A DNA stretch of 64,000 nucleotides. Source: Candidatus Heimdallarchaeota archaeon (GTDB lineage Archaea; Asgardarchaeota; Heimdallarchaeia; Heimdallarchaeales; Heimdallarchaeaceae). The DNA lies in assembly GCA_018238545.1 (NCBI GenBank), contig JABCTC010000018.1, positions 6,310-70,309 on the forward strand, written 5' to 3'. Positions 1 to 8,936 of this stretch are shown here, one piece after another; position 1 is the first letter of the stretch, and each line of letters starts with the position of its first letter. A program made the translations under genes and the position numbers. Below the pieces are notes generated by a model that was not told where the DNA came from, did not search any database, and saw only the letters and a list, made by a program, of their open reading frames with translations.

Positions 1-222
1 TTTCCAGGACTAGTAATGGGAGCAGCTTTCGGATTCGGGTTGGTGGGATTATTCATCTGGACAACGAAGAACTTCTTCTACTCAGGAATGGGCTTTAAGG
101 TAGTAATAGCGCCAATGGCACTGATTATCAGTTTTGTAATAGCACCTGTGTTATTCTATGCATTATTCTACTATGCGATGAAGAGAAATTATGCGAGGTA
201 TTTACCAAGGAATTTGGAGTGA
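1..222 (+). CDS. ABC transporter permease, FtsX-like, C-terminal fragment (5' end lies upstream of window)
   Basis: Open frame from position 1. The C-terminus (...FYYAMKRNYARYLPRNLE) is clearly homologous to the C-terminus of the 1432-aa permease at 18742..23040 (...YYISMKRNFAKYQPRNLE). The stop overlaps the start of the downstream ATPase. Confidence 0.7.
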   Translation, partial: FPGLVMGAAFGFGLVGLFIWTTKNFFYSGMGFKVVIAPMALIISFVIAPVLFYALFYYAMKRNYARYLPRNLE

Positions 223-1964
223 TAAAAATGATAAGATGCGTAGACCTAATTAAAATATATCACGATCCTATTACAGAATATAAGGTATCGGCATTGCGTG
301 GACTCGACTTAGATGTCGAAGATGGAGAACTTGCATCGATCATCGGTCCCTCGGGGGCTGGTAAATCGACTTTAATCAACATACTCTCAGGAATGGATAC
401 TCCTACAGGAGGATTAGTGTTAATAAAAGGTGTTCAGATAGACAGACTAACTGAGAAGCAAAGAAGAGATTTCAGGTACAATAACATAGGTTTAGTAAAT
501 CAGTTTACAAGCAGGAATTTGTTCAGTAACCTAACCGTAAGAGAAAATCTGATAATGCCTATGAAAATGAGTTTTATGCCAAGAGGAGAACAGAAAAGTG
601 AAGCAAACGAATTGCTAGATTTGTTCAACTTGACACATGTAAAAGACAACAAAGCAACGAAAATCTCAGGTGGGGAGTCAATGCGATTGTCAGTAGCCAT
701 TGCTTTAGCACGTAAACCTCATTTTGTTCTTGCTGACGAGCCTACTGGGCAACTAGACAGCAAAAACACGTTTGAAATTATTGACACTTTGAAGAGCGTA
801 AACAAAGAACTGGGAACGACTATTTTGATCGTTACTCACGATGTCAGATATAGAGGAATTTTCAAGAAAAGTTTTCTCATCAGAGACGGCAGATTAGTTG
901 GTGTTGGTCAAGATATGAAAAGACAGCAACTAGATTTTCTCAAAGATGCTTCCGTTCTTAACCGAGTCTATATTGATCCCTCTAACTCTATGCGCATTCC
1001 TGACAGAATCAAATCATCTGTTGCTTTGCGTGATGCAGCTGAACTTGAAGTTCATCCTTCTAAGAAACTTGCACTTATGTGGAACCCAGATTTGGTAAGT
1101 AAAGAAGACGTGATTGAAATCTTGAAACAACCACCTGATCAGTGGACTGAAACTAAGGATGAGATTACATTTGAAGATGTAGAATATCTATTTGATCGTC
1201 AATTTAAGCCAAATCCTGATGCTAAAACTTTGATTAAAGTAAAGAATGTTCAGAAAGGATACAAGATTTTTGGTAAAATTAACCCCGTAATAAAGGGTAT
1301 TGATTTAGAGATCAATGAAGGCGATCTAGTGTTTATTTCTGGCCCAAGTGGGGTAGGAAAGACAACTCTTCTAAATCTTATTGCTGGATTAATCAAGCCC
1401 GATAAAGGTAGAATAAACATTGGAAAAAATAACATCTCGAAGATGGATGACACAAAAGTTTCTGATTTTAGACTAGCAAATATAGCCTATATAACTCAAT
1501 ATCACAGTTTGTTTGAACCCATACAACTTGAAGATAACTTACTTATTCCTTATCTTTTCCAAGGAATACCCTTTGATCAAGAATATGCTACTTACATTAC
1601 TCAACAATGTCATATAGATCACAAACTTCTATCCTATCCAGATGAATTATCTGCTGGAGAAAAACAACGTGCCACACTGTCACTAGCTCTTACAAGAAAA
1701 ACACCAATACTCTTAGCAGACGAACCTACAGCTAATATGGACAGTGATCTAGCAAGATCTGTCATGGATACCTTAATGGATGTTGTCGAAGAGAATAATA
1801 CAACGTTTCTCATGTGTAGCCACGATCTTTCTTTACTCCGACCAGGTTTTCGTCATATTAAAATTTCTGATGGCTTAGTTGTAGAAGATGCTAGAATCAC
1901 TAAACGTTCTCTCAAGAAGATTCTAAGAGAATATCTTCAAATCGAAGACGAGAAAAAAGGCTAA
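219..1964 (+). CDS. ABC transporter ATP-binding protein with two fused NBDs
   Basis: Two complete nucleotide-binding domains. The first has Walker A GPSGAGKST, signature ISGGESMRL, Walker B FVLADEPTGQLD and H-loop VTHD. The second has GPSGVGKTT, LSAGEKQRA, ILLADEPTANMD and CSHD. A GTG at 219 overlaps the upstream stop; the ATG at 228 is an alternative start. Paralog of 17003..18736. Confidence 0.9.
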   Translation: MIKMIRCVDLIKIYHDPITEYKVSALRGLDLDVEDGELASIIGPSGAGKSTLINILSGMDTPTGGLVLIKGVQIDRLTEKQRRDFRYNNIGLVNQFTSRNLFSNLTVRENLIMPMKMSFMPRGEQKSEANELLDLFNLTHVKDNKATKISGGESMRLSVAIALARKPHFVLADEPTGQLDSKNTFEIIDTLKSVNKELGTTILIVTHDVRYRGIFKKSFLIRDGRLVGVGQDMKRQQLDFLKDASVLNRVYIDPSNSMRIPDRIKSSVALRDAAELEVHPSKKLALMWNPDLVSKEDVIEILKQPPDQWTETKDEITFEDVEYLFDRQFKPNPDAKTLIKVKNVQKGYKIFGKINPVIKGIDLEINEGDLVFISGPSGVGKTTLLNLIAGLIKPDKGRINIGKNNISKMDDTKVSDFRLANIAYITQYHSLFEPIQLEDNLLIPYLFQGIPFDQEYATYITQQCHIDHKLLSYPDELSAGEKQRATLSLALTRKTPILLADEPTANMDSDLARSVMDTLMDVVEENNTTFLMCSHDLSLLRPGFRHIKISDGLVVEDARITKRSLKKILREYLQIEDEKKG

Positions 1965-2068
1965 CTACCTCTTTCATTTCTTTTTTCTTATTTTATACTT
2001 CTTCTCACAATTTTTCACAAGAAGGAATCACTTAAAACTACCAAAGAAATATTTTAGTTGATTGTAAT

Positions 2069-3607
2069 ATGAAACACCAACTTAATGCTTACTTCATATT
2101 AAGTGGAGAATTGCCTCCAGAGAGCAAAGAAGATCTAGATGAATTTTTCATCCAATTTAGTGAAAAAATTCAACAATCTAAGAAAGAAGGAAAATTTGAC
2201 ATCGCTTGGTCTATAAAAAAGAGCGAACTAGCTCTAAAAATATCTTCAATTGATTCAATATCACCTCATGTAGCAATTCTTAGAATCAGAAAACAGTTAG
2301 CAGCTACAATAGGAAAGAAATACAGAGTTGGTTTAAGAGGTTTTAAATTCAAATATTATAAAATAACCACAGAAATTGATGACCAACCCATAAAAGAATT
2401 CACTTTACCTTTAACCAAAAAACTAACTTTTTCTGAAAAAGAAGGTAAGAATTGGGTTGAAATTCAAATCGATCCTGAGATATCTGAAGATTTCGTTGAA
2501 AAAGGGACAATTGAACGAATAGTTCGCAGAGTGAGTGAAAAAATTTCTAAACAAAAATATGGTGCAAAGAAAGAGCATCACGAAATTGTTTTCTACAGCG
2601 GTGAAAAAGAGTTATTCACAAAAGAAAATCCTACACAATTAATGCAAAAAGCAAACTGGATCCAACGTACCAATTACAGAAATCAATGGATTTTAACTCC
2701 TACTCTGACAACTTTATCTGAAGCATTGAAGCAAATAATGGTTGATTACATCTATAAGCCTCTAGGTTTTGATCAGATGATGATACCTAAGCTAGTTGAT
2801 TGGTCAGTATGGTTAAAATCTGAACATGCAGAAGGGTTATATCAAGGAGGTTTTGAGCCATATTTTGTTGTTCAACCAAAAGAACCCACACCAGAATATT
2901 TCGAAGAAATTGCCGATTATATAACAGTTACAAAAACTATCCCAAATGACATGTTATCAGAAAAGGTAACTGCACCCATAGGTGGATTATCTTATGCTCA
3001 ATGCCCGCCTTTTTGGCCTTGGTTGCAAGGCAGGACTTTAGCTAAGGAGAGTCTCCCGATAAAAGTGTACGATTGGTCAGGACCTACATATCGATATGAA
3101 TCTGGGTCAGCCTATGGATTTGAAAGGGTTGATGAACTTCATCGAATTGAAACTCTATTTATTGGAACTCCTGAACAAACTAAAAAAATAGGTAAAGACG
3201 TCAGAAACAAACTAAGAGATGTCTTTGAAAAAGCTCTAGATTTAGAGTTCAGAGAAGCTCGAGTGCTTCCTTGGTGGCTCCAACAATCAGCTCGTGAAGA
3301 TGAAGAAGATTTAGATGAACTAGTTGTAGGAACTATTGACTTTGAAGCTTATATGCCTTATAGAGGTAGTAGGAAAAAAAGTGAATGGTTAGAAATACAA
3401 AATATATCAATAATCGGTCAGAAATATCCTAAAGGCTTCTCTGTTAAAGCTGAGAGTAATCTAGAACTTTGGAGTGGTTGTGGAGGAGGATCGTTTGAAA
3501 GGTTCCTAACAGCATTCATTTCACAAAAAGGCTTGAATCCTGATGATTGGCCAACAGAGTTTAAGAAATACTTCGATAAACTGCCAACACCCGTGAAATT
3601 CCATTGA
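2069..3607 (+). CDS. Class II aminoacyl-tRNA synthetase-like protein, atypical; possibly methanogen-type seryl-tRNA synthetase
   Basis: Class II motif 2-like YRYESGSAYGFERVDELHRIE and motif 3-like WSGCGGGSFERFL are present. An N-terminal domain of about 230 aa precedes the catalytic core. Cys312, a Glu near 352-356 and Cys471 are spaced like the Zn ligands of the rare methanogen-type SerRS; this is from memory of the family and is not a verified alignment. Confidence 0.5.
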   Translation: MKHQLNAYFILSGELPPESKEDLDEFFIQFSEKIQQSKKEGKFDIAWSIKKSELALKISSIDSISPHVAILRIRKQLAATIGKKYRVGLRGFKFKYYKITTEIDDQPIKEFTLPLTKKLTFSEKEGKNWVEIQIDPEISEDFVEKGTIERIVRRVSEKISKQKYGAKKEHHEIVFYSGEKELFTKENPTQLMQKANWIQRTNYRNQWILTPTLTTLSEALKQIMVDYIYKPLGFDQMMIPKLVDWSVWLKSEHAEGLYQGGFEPYFVVQPKEPTPEYFEEIADYITVTKTIPNDMLSEKVTAPIGGLSYAQCPPFWPWLQGRTLAKESLPIKVYDWSGPTYRYESGSAYGFERVDELHRIETLFIGTPEQTKKIGKDVRNKLRDVFEKALDLEFREARVLPWWLQQSAREDEEDLDELVVGTIDFEAYMPYRGSRKKSEWLEIQNISIIGQKYPKGFSVKAESNLELWSGCGGGSFERFLTAFISQKGLNPDDWPTEFKKYFDKLPTPVKFH

Positions 3608-3611
3608 TTGT

Positions 3612-3634
3612 TTTTTTATTTTTTACAAAATCTA
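3612..3634 (+). terminator. T-rich tract downstream of 2069..3607 (archaeal oligo-T terminator candidate)
   Basis: ttgtttttttattttttac lies immediately after the stop codon. Confidence 0.3.
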
Positions 3635-3718
3635 TTTCAAAAAAAATTAAATCAGCACTAATAGTTTTTTATATTGAACATAAATAAACTACGAAGTGAT
3701 TGCAATTGACAGTTAGGT

Positions 3719-4516
3719 TTAGCTTAAGTGTTTCAACTTTTGCTTGAAATACAACTTCTGAGCATTAGTTTTCTCATCATTTATTTTTTGAGCAATTGTT
3801 AGAATTGCATTCGCTTCTTTATTAATCTCCTTTGTTTTAAATCCATTCATTCGCAAAAATAATGTTAGCTCCTCTCCTGTAAAAGCTCTTAAAATCATTT
3901 CATCTTTGAAAGAACTCTTTTCATTATTTTCTTCTATTTCATATTCTGCTGCCCATTTCCATGTCCACCCATGTTCTAAATCAAGAGATGTGGTACTCTT
4001 TCGAGTATAATTCCTTCCTTCATACTTAGCTTTATGGGTAGATTGTTCTCTGAAATTTGTAAATATCTCTTCTGTGTTGAAATTATCAAATAGCAACCAT
4101 CCCTCTTTCTGAAGTATTTCATGAATGGAGTATAGGGCAAACATAACATCATGATTAGTTGTCATATGAGTAAATGTTCTACCAGTTACTACAACAGCTT
4201 CAAATTTTTCTTCTAGTTTTATGTTTCTCATATCACCCAAGATAAATTTTCCTTCAGGAACGAATTCTTTGGCAAGTTTAATCATTTCTTTAGAATTATC
4301 TAAACCAGTATAGTCGTATTTACTGTCTATGAAGTATTTGGCAAGATTTCCGCTCCCACTTCCAATTTCTAATATTTTCTTGCATTTTAACTTAGACAGA
4401 TATCGATGATATAATTGAAAATCTTTCTCATAATTAAAAATTACTTGTTGCATTTCATGATACACTTTAGAATGATCTGTGTAAATCTTTAGAATCTTCA
4501 TTAGAATACTGAACAA
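3719..4516 (-). CDS. Class I SAM-dependent methyltransferase
   Basis: Motif I LEIGSGSGNLAKYF followed by an acidic loop (YTGLDNSKEMI). Rossmann-fold methyltransferase pattern. Confidence 0.75.
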   Translation of the reverse strand: MFSILMKILKIYTDHSKVYHEMQQVIFNYEKDFQLYHRYLSKLKCKKILEIGSGSGNLAKYFIDSKYDYTGLDNSKEMIKLAKEFVPEGKFILGDMRNIKLEEKFEAVVVTGRTFTHMTTNHDVMFALYSIHEILQKEGWLLFDNFNTEEIFTNFREQSTHKAKYEGRNYTRKSTTSLDLEHGWTWKWAAEYEIEENNEKSSFKDEMILRAFTGEELTLFLRMNGFKTKEINKEANAILTIAQKINDEKTNAQKLYFKQKLKHLS

Positions 4517-4587
4517 ATTACCCTATATAAATCTCATTCAATAAATTTTTTTTAGATAAATTTAATAAATCATACTTTTCCCATTAG
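4517..4587. promoter_or_regulatory. Divergent AT-rich intergenic region between the methyltransferase (-) and ltaE (+); probable bidirectional promoter with TATA-like elements
   Basis: ctatataaat and tttaataaat motifs sit within 71 bp separating two divergent starts. The exact TATA/BRE positions cannot be assigned by eye. Confidence 0.3.
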
Positions 4588-5613
4588 TTGATGATTGATT
4601 TACGTTCAGATACTTTTACTTTACCATCAAAAGAGATGATGGAAACAATTATGCATGCAAAATTGGGGGATGATGTTTGGGAAGAAGACCCTACTGCAAT
4701 CGAACTTGAAGCTTTAGCAGCTAAAATTCTTGGTAAAGAAGCAGGATTGTTCTTATCAAGTGGCACACAAGGCAACCTTGTAGCAAATATGACTCATCTT
4801 AACCGTGGTGATGGAATTGTTTTGGAGGAAGAGAGTCACATCAACATGTATGAAGTAGGTGGTATTGGGCAGATTTGTGGTGCTTATCCTTATCTCATCA
4901 AAGGTGATGATGGACTTATGTCCCCTTCTGATGTTGAAGCAATTTTTACTCGAAATTATAATGTTCATTGGGTTGAGCCAAAACTCTTGTGTATAGAGAA
5001 CACTCACAATAGAGGTGGTGGTAAAATCATTCCTAAAGATAACATTGACACTTTAGCCAATATAGCTCATGAAAACGGAGGAGTTGTTCATATTGATGGA
5101 GCTCGTGTATTCAATGCAGCGGTTGCAACAAATATGCCCGTCTCGAAGATAGTTGAAAAAGCTGATAGTGTGCAAATATGTTTATCCAAAGGTTTAGGTT
5201 GTCCTATAGGTTCTTTGCTTGTAGGTTCTGAAGAGTTCATTCATAAAGCTAGAAAGAATCGTAAAGTTGTCGGGGGAGCTATGAGACAAGTAGGTATTAT
5301 TGCAGCACCTGGTATTTATGCTTTGAACAATATGGTTGATAGATTAGCAGAAGATCACAAACATGCAAAAATGTTAGAGAAAGCTCTCAACAATATAGAA
5401 AATATTCGTGTCAAACCAGTTGATACAAATCTTGTTGTTTCCGACATCTCTAAAACGACTTATACGGCAGATGAAATAGAGCAAAAACTTTCTCAAAAAG
5501 GAATACAAGTTTCTATTATGGGCGATTATCTTGTCAGAATGGTAACCTATTTTGGTATAACTATTGAACAAATAGAAAAGGTTGCATCTGCCCTCTTAGA
5601 AGTATTCTCATGA
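4588..5613 (+). CDS. ltaE: Low-specificity L-threonine aldolase
   Basis: The N-terminus MIDLRSDTFTLPS...GDDVWEEDPT...GKEAGLFLSSGTQGNLVA matches the canonical LtaE N-terminus (MIDLRSDTVT...GDDVYGDDPT...GKEAA.F.PTGTQANL). PLP fold-type I. Confidence 0.93.
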   Translation: MMIDLRSDTFTLPSKEMMETIMHAKLGDDVWEEDPTAIELEALAAKILGKEAGLFLSSGTQGNLVANMTHLNRGDGIVLEEESHINMYEVGGIGQICGAYPYLIKGDDGLMSPSDVEAIFTRNYNVHWVEPKLLCIENTHNRGGGKIIPKDNIDTLANIAHENGGVVHIDGARVFNAAVATNMPVSKIVEKADSVQICLSKGLGCPIGSLLVGSEEFIHKARKNRKVVGGAMRQVGIIAAPGIYALNNMVDRLAEDHKHAKMLEKALNNIENIRVKPVDTNLVVSDISKTTYTADEIEQKLSQKGIQVSIMGDYLVRMVTYFGITIEQIEKVASALLEVFS

Positions 5614-5685
5614 AGTAATTTGCAAACCTTGAACCCTTTTTTTCTTCTTTTTCTATAACTCCCTAGGCTGTTCTTTTGAGCTTTT

Positions 5686-6618
5686 ATGAGGAATATCATA
5701 GAGTTTTTATATCTATATTTTGGTGTTTACTTGATACATGTGTCAATCGATGATTATTTAGATACCTTGCTTTCTGGTAGTTCTGAACCTACTAGTAAAG
5801 CAATCAAGAAATTGACAAAACTTCTCGAGAATTTCGGAGCTATTATGGTTGCTTCTACCGAGAGGATGGAGGATTATATTACCGGTTTAGATTCACGAAT
5901 TACCACAATTGAGAGAGATTTAGGCGTTTCCTCTGGATCTACTTTAACAAATTCAGCTCCTGCAAGAGCTCCTGCAAGAGCTCCTGCAATGGCTAATCCC
6001 ACTCCAGCTGCAGCCCCTTCAACGGGTGCTCCAAACCTTTCTGCAGCTCCAAACCTTTCAGCTGCACCGGCGATGGGTGCACCAAACCTTTCTGCAGCTC
6101 CAAATCTTAGTAGTGCTCCTTCTGGTGGAGGAACAGCTGCTCCTGCTCCAGCGCCTAGTAGTGGAGGAGGGGGGATTTCAAGTACTGATTTAATGAAAGC
6201 AGCTTCAGGCTTAACAAAAGCTCCTGAACAACAACCAAAAGAGATGGTTGACGCAGCTTCACTCAGTCCATCGGGAGTTAGTGTTACAGCTATTCAAGAT
6301 GTTAAAGCAGGATTGAAGAAAGTAGACCAAGATGAACATAGAAAAGAAAGAGCTGCAGCGGCTTCTGGCGGATCTAGTGGTTCGATGCCCGCTTCTATGG
6401 TTCTAAACATGGAGGTTAAAGATGCTTTAGCGAAGAGAAAATCACGTTCTAAAAAAGCTGATGATGATGAAGATGAAGAAGATGATTTTGCTCCAACTCA
6501 AGCTGCTCCCGCTGCGCCTAAACGCTCAACAAAACAGATGAAAGAAGCACTACAAGGAGAATTACGAAACGCCTTTAGTAGTTTACTTGAAAGTGATACA
6601 CAAGAAGAAGAAAAGTAA
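5686..6618 (+). CDS. Low-complexity Ala/Pro-rich protein with WH2-like motif(s), basic region and acidic C-terminal tail (VCA-like)
   Basis: Residues 90-160 are Ala/Pro/Asn/Leu/Ser repeats (APARAPAR, APNLSAAPNLSAAP x3). Residues 199-214, SVTAIQDVKAGLKKVD, match the WH2 consensus (LLxxIxxGxxLKKV). A weaker copy is STDLMKAASGLTK. A basic stretch KRKSRSKK is followed by ADDDEDEEDDFAP. The start is uncertain; the first Met sits in a hydrophobic stretch. Confidence 0.55.
   Translation: MRNIIEFLYLYFGVYLIHVSIDDYLDTLLSGSSEPTSKAIKKLTKLLENFGAIMVASTERMEDYITGLDSRITTIERDLGVSSGSTLTNSAPARAPARAPAMANPTPAAAPSTGAPNLSAAPNLSAAPAMGAPNLSAAPNLSSAPSGGGTAAPAPAPSSGGGGISSTDLMKAASGLTKAPEQQPKEMVDAASLSPSGVSVTAIQDVKAGLKKVDQDEHRKERAAAASGGSSGSMPASMVLNMEVKDALAKRKSRSKKADDDEDEEDDFAPTQAAPAAPKRSTKQMKEALQGELRNAFSSLLESDTQEEEK
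5957..6130 (+). repeat. Tandem nucleotide repeats encoding the Ala/Pro-rich region
   Basis: Direct repeats gctcctgcaagagct x2 and gctccaaacctttctgcagct(c/g)c several times. Local GC is well above background. Confidence 0.7.
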
Positions 6619-6732
6619 AGACTCTTCTTTTTTATTTATTTCAATTTTCCACACAATTTATGTCAGATTATCCTTCTGGTTCAAAGACTCGGAATACTTA
6701 AGATGTACTAATTATATGAAGAGAATATTACT

Positions 6733-8847
6733 ATGACAACCATTACTAAATTTATAGAACAACTTTTAGTTGTTAGACAAGAAAAATCTTCAACACTTGC
6801 TATAGATGATGCAAAAGTACAAACAATTTTTCAAGAAATTATAGACTTTCAACAAAACAAAGACGACCCTTACTACATTTGCTCAAGCGAAAATATTAAA
6901 AAATTATTCGTTTCCGCTTGGCAAACAAACGATGAGATTCCAACAGATGTTTCTTATTATCTTGCTGGAATGTATTTCTTAGGCAACATTAACTTTGAAA
7001 CCTTTAGAGCAGTTATACAATTGCTCTCTGAAAAAGGAATACTAAAAGATGATTTATTAGTTGTATATTTCTGGTTACACGAACTGATTGAAAATGATTT
7101 CAAACTCGATAAGACCATCAGTTTTCTTAATTTCTTAGAATTTACAAGAAAATTAGGAGTCAATGTTCTTAGTTTTAGTGAATTTGAATCAGCTTTAGAG
7201 AGGGATGAAATCGACTTAAAAACAAAAAATGAAGAAAGATTGCAATTCAAGGAATTAGATAGAATTGTTTCAAATCTCGAGGATAGACCAGAATACATAG
7301 ATTCTCTATCTAGTTCAATACCTCCTGAAATTCTTGAACTACTTGATTTTCATATTGATTATAGGAAATTAAATGAGATATCTTACAATTTAGCTAAATT
7401 CATAAGTGAGCAATTAAAAATTAACAAGAAAATCACTATAGCAAATTTTCAAAAGAAAATCGAGGAACAATTTGCTTCTCAAAATTATTTAGAAGTACCT
7501 TCTGTTGTTGATCCAATCTTCAAGCCACATATAGATCATATTACAGCTAAAACGGTTGATATGACTAATTTGGCAGAACTCTCAAGTGATTTGGTTATGG
7601 AGTTTGCATCAATCAAAGCTTACTCCAGCCCAAATATTGCTCAAAAAATAAGAATTACTTTCTTAGGAGGAGGGGGAATCGGTAATATGGGAATTATTAT
7701 ACAGCATGATAACAATGCGATACTATTAGATTTTGGGATGAGTGTAGCGAACCAAAGTATCCCTCGATGGCATCCTGCATTGAGATTTGTAAAAGCTGTT
7801 CTTGTTTCTCACGCTCATTTAGATCATACTGGAGGGCTACCTTATCTCATATCACATGAAAATGAAAAAAGGTGGTATGCAAGTCCTAGAACAAAGATTC
7901 TAACAGAAAAACTGTTGTATAATACAGCTTCAATAATTAGGGGGAAACGAACTCAATCTACTCAATTGTCTCATTTACAGAAAATCTACTTACAAAACTC
8001 AAACATTATTAATTTGCTAAACTCGTTTCACCCTCTCAAACCCAAAAAGACAGTAGAAATATCTCCAGGTTTCGAAGTTACTCCTTATCCTGCGTCTCAT
8101 CTTTTTGGAAGCTATGGTTATGAAATCAACATTTTTGGTAAACGGATTTTCTTCACGGGAGATTTCTCATTGGACAAGAGTGAATTATTCCCAGGTGCTC
8201 AATTCCCAACAGATTGTGATTTGACAATTTTTGATGGAACTTATTATAATCGAAATATTCCACAAGAAAATCCTGATGCAACTTTGCTCCAAGCTACTGA
8301 GTTATGCAATCAGATCATAATTCCAGCTTTTTCAGTAGGAAGAACTCAAGAAATGATAAAGAGATTAGAAAGGTTAAGGATTACAAAGAAGAGAAATATT
8401 ATCGTTACAGGTCTTGCTGCTGATATAACAAAGACAATGGGTATTAATGCAGATTATGAAATAAGGAAAAACTTTGAACCTAGTGATTTTCAAGAGAACG
8501 ATATACTGATCACGGGCCATGGTATGTTACAAAGCGGTAGTGCTAGAAGATTGTTGGAAGCTACCAAAAACTCATCAGAAACTGGTGTTATCCTTTGTGG
8601 ATATCAAGCTCCTAACACTCTTGGTTTTGCTCTTAAGAATGGGAATCCTGTAGCAGTCCAGCAATATAAACAGAGAATACACTCAGTACAGATTAGCGGT
8701 CATTCTTCTCCCTTGGGTCTTAATGATTTTATTAACAAACTCTCAGGCAAGAAAGTGATGGTACATACACCTGATAAGACCACAGTAATGAAAAAGCACA
8801 AGGATGTTATGATCCCAAGGTACTTGGAGCAGATAATTATAAAGTGA
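6733..8847 (+). CDS. Metallo-beta-lactamase fold / beta-CASP family nuclease with about 300-aa N-terminal extension of unknown function
   Basis: MBL motifs: ILLDFGMS (motif 1 Asp), LVSHAHLDHTGG (HxHxDH) and FFTGDFS. C-terminal ISGHSS resembles beta-CASP motif C. No KH domains are evident, so this is not a typical aCPSF1. Confidence 0.65.
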   Translation: MTTITKFIEQLLVVRQEKSSTLAIDDAKVQTIFQEIIDFQQNKDDPYYICSSENIKKLFVSAWQTNDEIPTDVSYYLAGMYFLGNINFETFRAVIQLLSEKGILKDDLLVVYFWLHELIENDFKLDKTISFLNFLEFTRKLGVNVLSFSEFESALERDEIDLKTKNEERLQFKELDRIVSNLEDRPEYIDSLSSSIPPEILELLDFHIDYRKLNEISYNLAKFISEQLKINKKITIANFQKKIEEQFASQNYLEVPSVVDPIFKPHIDHITAKTVDMTNLAELSSDLVMEFASIKAYSSPNIAQKIRITFLGGGGIGNMGIIIQHDNNAILLDFGMSVANQSIPRWHPALRFVKAVLVSHAHLDHTGGLPYLISHENEKRWYASPRTKILTEKLLYNTASIIRGKRTQSTQLSHLQKIYLQNSNIINLLNSFHPLKPKKTVEISPGFEVTPYPASHLFGSYGYEINIFGKRIFFTGDFSLDKSELFPGAQFPTDCDLTIFDGTYYNRNIPQENPDATLLQATELCNQIIIPAFSVGRTQEMIKRLERLRITKKRNIIVTGLAADITKTMGINADYEIRKNFEPSDFQENDILITGHGMLQSGSARRLLEATKNSSETGVILCGYQAPNTLGFALKNGNPVAVQQYKQRIHSVQISGHSSPLGLNDFINKLSGKKVMVHTPDKTTVMKKHKDVMIPRYLEQIIIK

Positions 8848-8936
8848 ATAGTCAATATTTGCTCTTCCACAAATTTTATAATAGATTATTGTTTAAATTA
8901 TAGAAGTTAACAAAATTTCTATAGAACTTGCAATAG

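Noticed and set aside
500-1453. Short minus-strand ORFs (500..700, 1250..1453) inside the ABC ATPase gene
   Set aside because: They are entirely nested in a high-confidence conserved CDS on the other strand, with no motifs.
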